A stretch of 64,000 bases of DNA from the NCBI GenBank assembly GCA_047517345.1, contig JAKZTB010000106.1, positions 14,473 through 78,472 on the forward strand, given 5' to 3'. The notes beneath the pieces were generated by a model, which searched no databases, was not told the DNA's origin, and was given only the letters and a program-made list of their open reading frames with translations. The stretch is from Alphaproteobacteria bacterium (GTDB taxonomy: Bacteria; Pseudomonadota; Alphaproteobacteria; UBA8366; GCA-2717185). Shown one piece after another: positions 51,769 to 60,263 of this stretch (the first letter of the stretch is position 1; each line of letters begins with the position of its first letter). The translations under genes and the position numbers were made by a program.

Positions 51769-53016
51769 GTGGACGATCTATTTCCGGAAGAAATTCAGCT
51801 CATCAGGGACAGCGTCAACCGGTTCATGGAAACCGAGGTCGCGCCGAAAATGGATGCGATCGAAGAGGCCGGTGAATTTCCCCGCGATCTGGTCCTGCAG
51901 GCTGGCGCGGCGGGGTTCTACGGCAATTTGTTTCCCGAGTCGGTCGGCGGCAGCGGCATGGGCTACCTGGCGACGGCGGTCGTGGTCGAGGAACTGGCGC
52001 GCAACGATGTCCGCTTCGCGTCGTGCTTCAACCAGCAGGCGGCGACCTGTCCCTATTGCATCTTCACCGCGGGCACGACCGAACAGGTCTTGAAATACGT
52101 GCCGGCCCTGCTGGCTGGCGAGACCATCGGCATAATGTCGCTGACCGAGTCGGGCGGCGGCTCGGACGCGTTGGGCAACATGAACACGCGCGCGGTCCGT
52201 GACGGTGATTTTTATATCCTCAACGGCTCCAAAATGTTCGCGTCGATGGCGAACGAGACCGATGTCGGCGTCCTGCTGGCCAAGACCGATCCGGACGCGG
52301 GCCATCGCGGCGTTACGGCTTTCATCGTCGAGCCGAAGAAATTTCCCGGCTTCGAGGCGCGGCCCGTCGAGATGCACGGCCTGTCGAAGGCGCTGCGCAC
52401 CAACGCCGTGTTCCTCGACGGTTTCAAGGTGCCGGTCGAAAACCGGTTGGGCGAGGAAGGCGAGGGGTTCAAGATCGTCATGCAGGCCCTGAAGGCGGGC
52501 CGGGTCACCGTCGCCGCGAAAGCGCTGGGCGTTGCTCGGGCCTGTTTCGAGGACGCCGTGCGCTACGCCAACGACCGAACGGTGAAAGGGGTGCCGATCG
52601 GCAAATTCCAGATGATCCAGTCCGACATCGCCGATATGGCCGCCAGCATCGAGGCGAGCCGCCTGCTGGTCTACGATGCGGCGCGGCGCATGGATGCGGG
52701 CCTGCCGTGCAACCGCATCGCCGCGATCGCCAAATACCACGCATCGCAGACCGCGAAGATGGCCGCCGACAAAGCGCAACAGGTGTTCGGCGGCTACGGC
52801 CTGTCGACGGCGTACCGGGTGTCGTGGCTGAAGTCCTACGCCGATCTGTTCTTCACCGGCGAAGGTACAGCCAACGTTCAGAAGATCCTGATCGCGGAGG
52901 ATGCGCTCGGCTACAAGCTGGCCGACCAGCACCACGGCCAGACCAAGTTCCGCGACCCGCGCTGCGACGACATTGTCGACGAGGGAACCGCATTGAAAGA
53001 GGCTAATCAAACCTAA
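51769..53016 (+). CDS. Acyl-CoA dehydrogenase family protein
   Basis: 415 aa with a GTG start. Motifs: MSLTESGGGSD, ILNGSKMF, GEGFKIVMQAL, QVFGGYG, GEGTANVQ. Confidence 0.9.
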   Translation: MDDLFPEEIQLIRDSVNRFMETEVAPKMDAIEEAGEFPRDLVLQAGAAGFYGNLFPESVGGSGMGYLATAVVVEELARNDVRFASCFNQQAATCPYCIFTAGTTEQVLKYVPALLAGETIGIMSLTESGGGSDALGNMNTRAVRDGDFYILNGSKMFASMANETDVGVLLAKTDPDAGHRGVTAFIVEPKKFPGFEARPVEMHGLSKALRTNAVFLDGFKVPVENRLGEEGEGFKIVMQALKAGRVTVAAKALGVARACFEDAVRYANDRTVKGVPIGKFQMIQSDIADMAASIEASRLLVYDAARRMDAGLPCNRIAAIAKYHASQTAKMAADKAQQVFGGYGLSTAYRVSWLKSYADLFFTGEGTANVQKILIAEDALGYKLADQHHGQTKFRDPRCDDIVDEGTALKEANQT

Positions 53017-53867
53017 TGGGTTACAAGCATATCGACGTAAAACCGATTTCCGGAGCGATCGGTGCGGAAATTCATGGGATCGATCTGGCCGAAGAGGGCA
53101 TAGATCCGGCGGTGTTCGAGGAAGTGCACCGCGCCTTCTTGGAACATCTCGTCATCTTCTTCCGCGACCAGGCGATGGACGACGATGTATTGTTTCGATT
53201 CGGCCGTCGGTTCGGTGAACTCGCGCAACTGCCGCCGCACCGTCAGGTGCCGGGGAAGTATCCGGAACTGCTGATCGTCGAGACCAAGCCGGAAGATGAG
53301 AAGGTGTTCGGTTGGGAATGGCACAGCGACACCAGCCATCTTGAGGTGCCGACCCTGGGCTCGATCCTTTACGCCAAGATCCTGCCGCCGACCGGCGGCG
53401 ATACGATGTTCGCCAATCAATATCTTGCTTACGAGACCCTGTCGGACGGCATGAAGGCGCTGTTGGACGGCATGGTCGCGGTGCACGCCAACGGGCGTAT
53501 CCTACGCACGCTCTCCGAAGGGCGAATGCCGGCACCGGGCAGCGAGGCCGAATCGGCCGGCTGGTCGAAGATGTCAGCGGAGCATCCCGTCGTCCGCACG
53601 CATCCGGAAACCGGTAGAAAGTCGCTGTATGTCAACGAGTTGCACACCGAGAGCTTCAAAGGCATGACGGTCGAGGAGAGCCAGCCGTTGCTGCAGTTCC
53701 TCTACAGCCATGCCTGCCGGCCGGAGTTCACCTGCCGTTTTCAGTGGGCGGTGAACTCGGTCGCGTTCTGGGACAATCGCTGTGCTATGCATCTGGCCTT
53801 GAACGACTATGCCGGACACAGCAGATTGATGCACCGGGTGCAGGTCAAGGGCGGGCGCCCGGTTTGA
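53016..53867 (+). CDS. TauD/TfdA-family Fe(II)/2OG dioxygenase (taurine-dioxygenase-like)
   Basis: 283 aa. Motifs: WHSDTSH (HxD), GGDTMFAN, HPVVRTHPETGRKSLYVN, FWDNRCAMH. The ATG overlaps the TAA of the ACAD gene (TAATG). Confidence 0.9.
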   Translation: MGYKHIDVKPISGAIGAEIHGIDLAEEGIDPAVFEEVHRAFLEHLVIFFRDQAMDDDVLFRFGRRFGELAQLPPHRQVPGKYPELLIVETKPEDEKVFGWEWHSDTSHLEVPTLGSILYAKILPPTGGDTMFANQYLAYETLSDGMKALLDGMVAVHANGRILRTLSEGRMPAPGSEAESAGWSKMSAEHPVVRTHPETGRKSLYVNELHTESFKGMTVEESQPLLQFLYSHACRPEFTCRFQWAVNSVAFWDNRCAMHLALNDYAGHSRLMHRVQVKGGRPV

Positions 53868-53898
53868 CGCCGCCACGAAGCTGTCGGAGAATTAGGAC

Positions 53899-54744
53899 AT
53901 GACGTTGAAAACACGGATGCTGGGCGGGAACTTTGCGGTCGAGATCGAAGACGTCGACCTCGCAGATATCGACGACGAAAAGCTCGGCGCGCTGCGCGAC
54001 GTCTGGATGACCCACAAGGTCGCCGTTCTGCGCGACCAGGCGCTCAGCGACGCGGCGCTGGTGTCCTTTACAGAACGCATGGGACCTTTGTTTACCCATG
54101 TCCGAGAACAGTTCCGCGCGCTCGACCGGCCGGAGATCATGTACATCTCGAACATAGAAGATGACGGCCGGCCGCTCGGCGCGCTGGGCGACGGCGACCT
54201 GCACTGGCACAGCGACCAGACCTATACCCAGCGGCCCGTCTTCGGGACCATGATGTACGCGATCGAAGTGCCGGCGGACGGCGGCGACACCTGGTTCGGC
54301 GATCTGGCTTCGGCCTATGCGGCGATGACCGACGATCTGCGCCAGACCGTCGACGGCCGCAAGGCCTGCTATTCGATCGAGAAGAAGACCCTGAAGCGGC
54401 GCTACGATACGCCGCAGCACCAGAAGGATCAGGCGCCGGACCAGTGGCATCCGCTGGTGCGGACCCACCCCTACCTCGACCGGAAGGCGCTCTATCTCAG
54501 CCCGGGGCATATGGTCGGGATCGACGATCTGTCCTGCGAGGACAGCCAAGCCGAAATTGAGCGGTTAGTCGGTTGGGCCGCACAATCCGAGTTTGTCTAT
54601 AAACACAAATGGCGCGTGAATGATGTGGTCCTCTGGGACAACACGTCGGTCATGCACCGCCGCGACGGTTTCCCGCCGGAACAGCGCCGCTTCCTCAAGC
54701 GGACCGGCTTCCACCTGCCGGAAGATCTCGGCGTTCCCTTCTAA
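53899..54744 (+). CDS. TauD/TfdA-family Fe(II)/2OG dioxygenase (second paralog)
   Basis: 281 aa. Motifs: LHWHSDQTY, GGDTWFGD, HPLVRTHPYLDRKALYLS, LWDNTSVMHRR. Confidence 0.9.
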   Translation: MTLKTRMLGGNFAVEIEDVDLADIDDEKLGALRDVWMTHKVAVLRDQALSDAALVSFTERMGPLFTHVREQFRALDRPEIMYISNIEDDGRPLGALGDGDLHWHSDQTYTQRPVFGTMMYAIEVPADGGDTWFGDLASAYAAMTDDLRQTVDGRKACYSIEKKTLKRRYDTPQHQKDQAPDQWHPLVRTHPYLDRKALYLSPGHMVGIDDLSCEDSQAEIERLVGWAAQSEFVYKHKWRVNDVVLWDNTSVMHRRDGFPPEQRRFLKRTGFHLPEDLGVPF

Positions 54745-54871
54745 AGCAGATCGGGTTTGTTCGGGTTGCGCGCCGTGTGCCGTCGCGGCGGTTAATTTCG
54801 CAAGGCTTTCGCTCCTCGTGCCGCGTGCCGTACTGTTTACGGGTATTTCTGGTGGAGGGAGACAAGCAACC

Positions 54872-56071
54872 ATGCGCACCTTCGAAGGCGTCCGGGTCAT
54901 CGATTTCACGCAGGCGATCGCCGGGCCGTTTGCCAGCTTTCAACTCGCCCTGATGGGCGCCGAGGTGATCAAGATCGAACAGCCGGGTGCGGGCGACCAG
55001 GGGCGGCAGATGTATACGCTCGACGGCCGCTACAAGGACGCGGGTCTTTCCTGCATCTATATGAGCGCCAATGCCGGCAAGCGTTCGATGACGCTCGACC
55101 TCAAAAATCCGGATGCGGCCGATGTCGTCCGACGCCTGGTGCGGGACGCGGACGTCGTGATCGAGAATTTCAAGGCCGGGACAATGGCGCGTATGGGATT
55201 CGGCTGGGAAGAATTGAAGGCGGTCAATCCGAAGCTGATCTTTTGCGCAATCACCGGCTTCGGCCAGACCGGCCCGCGCGCCAAGGCGGCGGCCTACGAC
55301 CCAACGATCCAGGCGCTGTCCGGTATCATGGCGCTAAACGGGACACCGGAAACCGGCCCGATGCGGGTCGGCGCGATCCTCTGCGACATGTCGTCGGCAA
55401 CCACCGCGGCCTTCGCCATCGCCGGCGCCTTGTTCAAGCGCGAACGCACGGGCGAGGGCGCCTATCTGGACCTGTCGATGCAGGACGTGGCCGCCGCGAT
55501 GGTGTCGCCGAGCCTGTTGCAGACGATGCACGGCATGGAACCGAAACTGATGGGCAGCCGTTCCTTGACCGGCAACCCGCTGGCCGATACCCATTCGACA
55601 AAAGACGGCGTGCTGCTGCTGATGCCCGCCGTAGAAGCGCAGTCCAACAGGGTTTGGACAGTGATCGGAAGGTCGGAGCTGGCGGCGGATCCAAGATTCT
55701 CGACGTTGGAAGCTCGGATCGCGAACGAGGCCGAATGCCTCGCTAATCTGCGTGAGGCTTTGGCGACAGCGGATGCGGAAACCTGGGAGCGCCGGTTCAC
55801 CGAAGCGGGCGTCCCGGCCGCCGCCGTCGCCACCTTGCCGGATGTGCTGGCGGACCGCCAATTGGCACATCGCGGTTCGATACGCTCGGTCGCGGCGCCC
55901 GCCGTCGACGGCGAGATCGCCTATTGCAATACGCCGTTCAAGATAAGCGGCGAATCCACGGGTGTGGATTTGCCGCCGCCGATCGTCGGCGCCGACACCG
56001 AGGCGGTGCTGGCCGAATACGGCTTTTCGCACGCGGAGATTGCCGCCCTGCGCGAGTCGTCCGCCATCTAG
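54872..56071 (+). CDS. Family III CoA-transferase (CaiB/BaiF/Frc type), second copy
   Basis: 399 aa from the ATG at 54872 (GGAGGGA upstream). Motifs: GVRVIDFTQAIAGPFASFQLALMGAEVIKIE, NAGKRSMTLDLK, AYDPTIQALSG. Confidence 0.9.
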   Translation: MRTFEGVRVIDFTQAIAGPFASFQLALMGAEVIKIEQPGAGDQGRQMYTLDGRYKDAGLSCIYMSANAGKRSMTLDLKNPDAADVVRRLVRDADVVIENFKAGTMARMGFGWEELKAVNPKLIFCAITGFGQTGPRAKAAAYDPTIQALSGIMALNGTPETGPMRVGAILCDMSSATTAAFAIAGALFKRERTGEGAYLDLSMQDVAAAMVSPSLLQTMHGMEPKLMGSRSLTGNPLADTHSTKDGVLLLMPAVEAQSNRVWTVIGRSELAADPRFSTLEARIANEAECLANLREALATADAETWERRFTEAGVPAAAVATLPDVLADRQLAHRGSIRSVAAPAVDGEIAYCNTPFKISGESTGVDLPPPIVGADTEAVLAEYGFSHAEIAALRESSAI

Positions 56072-56094
56072 ACTATACAGCGCGAGGTATCGAG

Positions 56095-56994
56095 ATGACG
56101 TCCCTTCCATCGCTTGATCGGTTTCCTTATTCCGGGCTGCGCGCGCGGCCGGACTTCGACTGGCCGGACGGCAAGCGGCTCGCCGTCCACATCGCGGTCA
56201 ATCTGGAGCATTTCATCTTCGGCGAGGGCGGGGTCGATCTCGACCGGCCGACCCCGGCGCCGAACCACCGCAGCTATCTGTGGCGCGACTATGGCAACCG
56301 GGTCGGCGTGTGGCGGTTGCTTGACCTGTTCGACGAGTTCGAACTGCCAATTGGAGTCATCACAAACGCGTCGATCTACGACCATTGCCCGGAATCGATT
56401 GCTGCCTTCCGCGACCGCGGCGACGAGATCATCGGCCACGGCATCACGAATTCGAAACGCGTCGCCGATATGAGCGAGGCGGAGGAGACCGAGATGGTCC
56501 GCACCGCCACCGACCTCATCGCGCAGCATGAGGGAAAGCCGCCGGCGGGCTGGCTGACCCCATACCTGACGCCGTCGGACGCGACACCGGACATCCTGAA
56601 GGAAGCCGGCTACGAGTACATCCTCGATTGGGGCATCTGCGACGACCAACCCTTCTGGTCGCGTACCCGTTCGGGCCCGCTGCTCGCCGTGCCGTACCCG
56701 CTGGAGCTGAACGACCAGCCGGCCATCGTGTTCCGGCGTGACACGGCGCGCGACTACGCCGACATGGTCGTCGATCATTTCACCGAGATGCTGCGATCGT
56801 CGGCGAAATACCCCGCGGTCTGTTCGATCTCGCTGCACCATTTCATCGTTGGTCAGCCGCACCGTTTGCACCATTTGCGCCGCGCTTTCGCGCATATCGC
56901 GGAACACCGCGACGAAGTATGGATCACCACGCCGGCCGAGATCGCGCGCCATTACAAGTCCCTGCCGGAGGAGAAGCAGATCAAGGTGGAGTAG
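56095..56994 (+). CDS. Polysaccharide deacetylase (CE4) family protein, PuuE/allantoinase-like
   Basis: 299 aa from the ATG at 56095. Motifs: RDYGNRVGVWRLLDLFDEFELP, GDEIIGHG, LHHFIVGQPHR. Confidence 0.8.
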   Translation: MTSLPSLDRFPYSGLRARPDFDWPDGKRLAVHIAVNLEHFIFGEGGVDLDRPTPAPNHRSYLWRDYGNRVGVWRLLDLFDEFELPIGVITNASIYDHCPESIAAFRDRGDEIIGHGITNSKRVADMSEAEETEMVRTATDLIAQHEGKPPAGWLTPYLTPSDATPDILKEAGYEYILDWGICDDQPFWSRTRSGPLLAVPYPLELNDQPAIVFRRDTARDYADMVVDHFTEMLRSSAKYPAVCSISLHHFIVGQPHRLHHLRRAFAHIAEHRDEVWITTPAEIARHYKSLPEEKQIKVE

Positions 56995-57017
56995 GGCCGG
57001 TTTCTGGACTTAAGGCT

Positions 57018-57290
57018 CTTAGAGTCCGTTTGAGAATATGTTGTTGTTTTCATTGGCGATTGTCGAGTCGGATGGCAGGAACGGCCCGCCGGACGATGCC
57101 GGGCATCGGCCAAGGGCCGCGACGCACCAGCCGGCCGAGAAGCGCCAACCCTCCGGGTGGGCTTTGTTTACTCGCTGGATCGCGTCAGCGCCCGCTTGCG
57201 ATGCCGCCGGCATCGCGGCGCGAACCCCTCCTACCCAGCGAAGAAACAAAGGCCATGAAAACAACAACATATTCTCAAACGGGCTCTTAG
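57018..57290. mobile_element. MITE-like non-autonomous element with long terminal inverted repeats
   Basis: The left core 57021-57053 (agagtccgtttgagaatatgttgttgttttcat) is the reverse complement of the right core 57255-57287 (atgaaaacaacaacatattctcaaacgggctct) at 32 of 33 positions. The interior is also an imperfect palindrome (cgatgccgggcatcg vs cgatgccgccggcatcg). No coding capacity I trust. Confidence 0.55.
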
Positions 57291-57319
57291 CCCCTATGAT
57301 CCGGCAACGGAGAAAACAC

Positions 57320-58348
57320 ATGCATCTATTCCAGCAACACGCGCCGGCGGATATGGACACCGCCGCGGCGCAGATTCCGGTCATCGACCTTGGCCCCTAT
57401 TTCGCCGGCGAGGCGGGCGCGTTTGAGGCGCTCGGCGCGGAGATCCGGTATGCCTGCGAGACTGTCGGCTTCTTTTACATCGCCAATCACGGCGTGCCGA
57501 AGGACCTGATCGACCGCACTTTCGAGCAGTCGAAGCGCTTCCACGCTCTGCCGATGGACGAAAAGCTGAAACTGCCCCTCGACCCGTACAACATCGGTTA
57601 TCTGGCGATGAATGCGAGCGTCCAGAGCCATTCGACGGTGCACAAGGCGACCAAGCCGAACCAGAACGAATCCTTCTTCATCACCCACGAGCCGGACGCG
57701 TTCGACAAACCGGCCCCGTTGCGCGGGCGCAACCAATGGCCGGATGGGTTGCCCGGCTTCCGCGAAGGGGTTTTGGATTATTTCAACACGCTAAACGCGC
57801 TGGCGCAGCGCATGCTGCCCGGCTTCGCGACGGCGCTTGGCATGCCGGCGGACTATTTCAAACCCTTCTTCACCGAAGGGGCCCATGCGACCCTGCGCAT
57901 GCTGCACTACCCGCCGACCAAACTGGAAGATAACGATTTCGGCACCGGACCGCACACCGACAACGCCTTTCTGACAATTCTGGCACGCATGGATGTGCCG
58001 GGGCTGCGGCTGCGGTTGCCGTCTGGCGAATGGGTCGTGCCGCCGCTGATTGATGGGACCTATCTGGTCAATATCGGCAACTATGTGCGGCGCATGTCGA
58101 ACGACAGTTTCCTGTCGACGCCTCACGGCGTGGTCGTCGAGGGCGCGCAAGACCGCTATTCCATGGCCTATTTCCATAGCCCCAACGTGACCAACACGAT
58201 CGAGGTGCTGCCTTCCTGTACCGACGCCGGCAACCCGCCGAAATACGAGCCGGTTGTGCTTGGCGATCTGGTGAAGGAATTCTGGGCCGCCAACTACGCC
58301 CACCAGAAGGGCCACGGTGAAATCGAAATGAAGCACCAGTACCGGTAG
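57320..58348 (+). CDS. 2OG-Fe(II) oxygenase, isopenicillin-N-synthase/flavonol-synthase-like family
   Basis: 342 aa from the ATG at 57320 (GGAG 7 nt upstream). Motifs: IPVIDLGPYF, GFFYIANHGV, LHYPP, GPHTDNAFLTIL (HxD), STPHGV, RYSMAYF. Confidence 0.85.
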   Translation: MHLFQQHAPADMDTAAAQIPVIDLGPYFAGEAGAFEALGAEIRYACETVGFFYIANHGVPKDLIDRTFEQSKRFHALPMDEKLKLPLDPYNIGYLAMNASVQSHSTVHKATKPNQNESFFITHEPDAFDKPAPLRGRNQWPDGLPGFREGVLDYFNTLNALAQRMLPGFATALGMPADYFKPFFTEGAHATLRMLHYPPTKLEDNDFGTGPHTDNAFLTILARMDVPGLRLRLPSGEWVVPPLIDGTYLVNIGNYVRRMSNDSFLSTPHGVVVEGAQDRYSMAYFHSPNVTNTIEVLPSCTDAGNPPKYEPVVLGDLVKEFWAANYAHQKGHGEIEMKHQYR

Positions 58349-58649
58349 GGCGGAAGCGTTTCCGAAAATATCGAAATCTACGTTACACTCGGTTGCTGAC
58401 GAACTTCATCCTTCTGGGCCCAAACAGTCTTTAACCCGAAGCGGGCATCGAATCGAGACTCAGACCGTCTCCGAGCGATCGGCCGCAGGAAAATTGTATC
58501 TCATTGAACGAACTGGACCGTTCAACGCGGGCCTGCCAATGTCTTGGCTGGTTTTGACCCTAGAGCAAATCAGGATTGATGGGAATCGCCGTAGGCGATT
58601 TTCATTGGTCCTGTTGCTTTGCTCTATCTATTAAGGGCGACCGGATTCA

Positions 58650-58676
58650 CAGGATTGATGCCCTGCATCAATCCTG
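58650..58676. promoter_or_regulatory. Perfect 12-bp-stem hairpin/palindrome upstream of the cyclase gene
   Basis: CAGGATTGATGC-CCT-GCATCAATCCTG. A third, direct copy of CAGGATTGATG is at 58571-58581, and a 7-bp hairpin AATCGCC-GTA-GGCGATT lies at about 58584-58600. Confidence 0.35.
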
Positions 58677-58742
58677 ATCCGGTCTAGCTTTCCAAGGGCG
58701 GCACGCTTTCAGCGCCAGCCTCGCTAGCGGAGATCGATTGGT

Positions 58743-60136
58743 ATGTCCGAACGCAGACTAGCCACAATTTTGGCGATCGATGTCGTCGGTTATAGTCGCT
58801 TGATGCAAGCGGATGCGACCGGTGTTTTGTCTGCCCTTAACAGCATATTTCGCAGCGTTGTCAAACCTTGCGTTGAGCAAGCTCATGGGCGGATCGTTAA
58901 GCTCATGGGTGATGGCGCGCTGATCGAATTCCCGTCTGCCCGCGATGGATTGGAATGTTCGGTTGCGGTGCAAAAAGCGATGCGCGCTACACCGGCGCCG
59001 TACCAATACGGTGAGCCACTGTTTCTTCGCATGGGACTACATGTCGGCGATGTCCTCGTGGAGGGCCAGGATATATTCGGCGATGCTGCTAATGTCGCAG
59101 CCCGTCTCGAAGCGGAAGCAGAAGCCGGCGGCATCTTGTTGTCTCGGACGGTTGCAGACCTGGCAGGCGGAAATCTTCCGGTATTGCTGCGATCCGAAGG
59201 GCGGCGAACTCTTAAAAACATCGCTAGTCCCATCGACACTTTATCCGTTGACCTATCGGATCAACGGATCGTCGCCTCACGCACGAAACGCGCGCAAACC
59301 CTGGAAATTCGCTACTGCGAAGCAAAAGACGGGCAACGGCTCGCGTGGACCTCTGTTGGCGAGGGGGCGCCTATCGTAAAAGCGCCGAACTGGATCGGCC
59401 ATTTGGAGCTGGACTGGCGTCACCCCGGCTTGGCCCCTTTGTTCGATTCCCTGTCGTCGCGCCGCCGCTTCGTCTATTCCGACGCGCGGGGCAACGGCCT
59501 TTCCGATTGGGAGATGAAAAATATCTCTCTCGATCACTTCGTTGATGATCTGGAACGCATTTTCGACGTTGCCGAGGTCGAACGCGCGCCGATCATAGCA
59601 ATTTCTCAAGGATCTGCTATTGCAGCGGTGTTTGCGGCACGATGCCCGGACCGGGTTTCCTCCATTGTTATTATCGGCGGTTTTGCAATTGGACGCGCCA
59701 AGCGCGATTCGAAAAAGGACAGAGATCGCGCCGAAGCGATGCGCGCCATGATGCAGGCTGGTTGGGATGACGATTACCCCTCGCTTCGCGATCTCATTAC
59801 CGAGACGATAATTCCAGGTGCCAGCCGCGAAGATCGACGCCGCTACGCAGAGGATATGCGAAACATGATCTCGCCCGAAAATCTGGGACGCTACCGAGAG
59901 GTCGTAGACTATTTGAATGTCACAGAGCTGCTACCGAATGTGCGATGTCCCTGTCTCGTCATGCATGGCAAGGGAGACCGCATGCAGCCGATTGAACAAG
60001 GTCGAAAATGGCGGCTGGCATCCCAAAAGCGAAGTTTATCTCGCTCGACAGCGACAATCATATTCTGACGGAGAACGACCCAGCTTGGCCTGTGGCCGAG
60101 CGTGAAATTTATGCGTTTCTCGAGGCTACCGCTTGA
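58743..60136 (+). pseudogene. Class III adenylate/guanylate cyclase fused to an alpha/beta-hydrolase domain, frameshifted near the 3' end
   Basis: The N-terminus LATILAIDVVGYSRLM...KLMGDGALIEF...GDAANVAARLE is a class III cyclase domain. This is followed by an alpha/beta hydrolase (ISQGSAIA nucleophile elbow). After IEQGRK the frame degenerates. The conserved tail MAAGIPKAKFISLDSDNHILTENDPAW...FLEATA is in the -1 frame and ends at the TGA 60134-60136. The junction is the AAAA run at 60005-60008. Confidence 0.75.
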
Positions 60137-60263
60137 TATCTTATTTCGGCTATTACGCGCCGTGACCGATGGTGACGTGGTGTTCCGTAATGCCACTTCT
60201 GCGTCTGGTGGATGAAAAACAGCGGATAAACGAGGGATAATATTTGCCGGCCAATCTGGATGT

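Noticed and set aside
57038-57319. In-frame N-terminal extension of the 2OG-oxygenase ORF through the MITE-like element, and the antisense ORF 57019-57384
   Set aside because: Both arise because the palindromic termini lack stops; both strands encode ENNNIFSNGL. A good GGAG-ATG start exists at 57320, where family-typical sequence begins.
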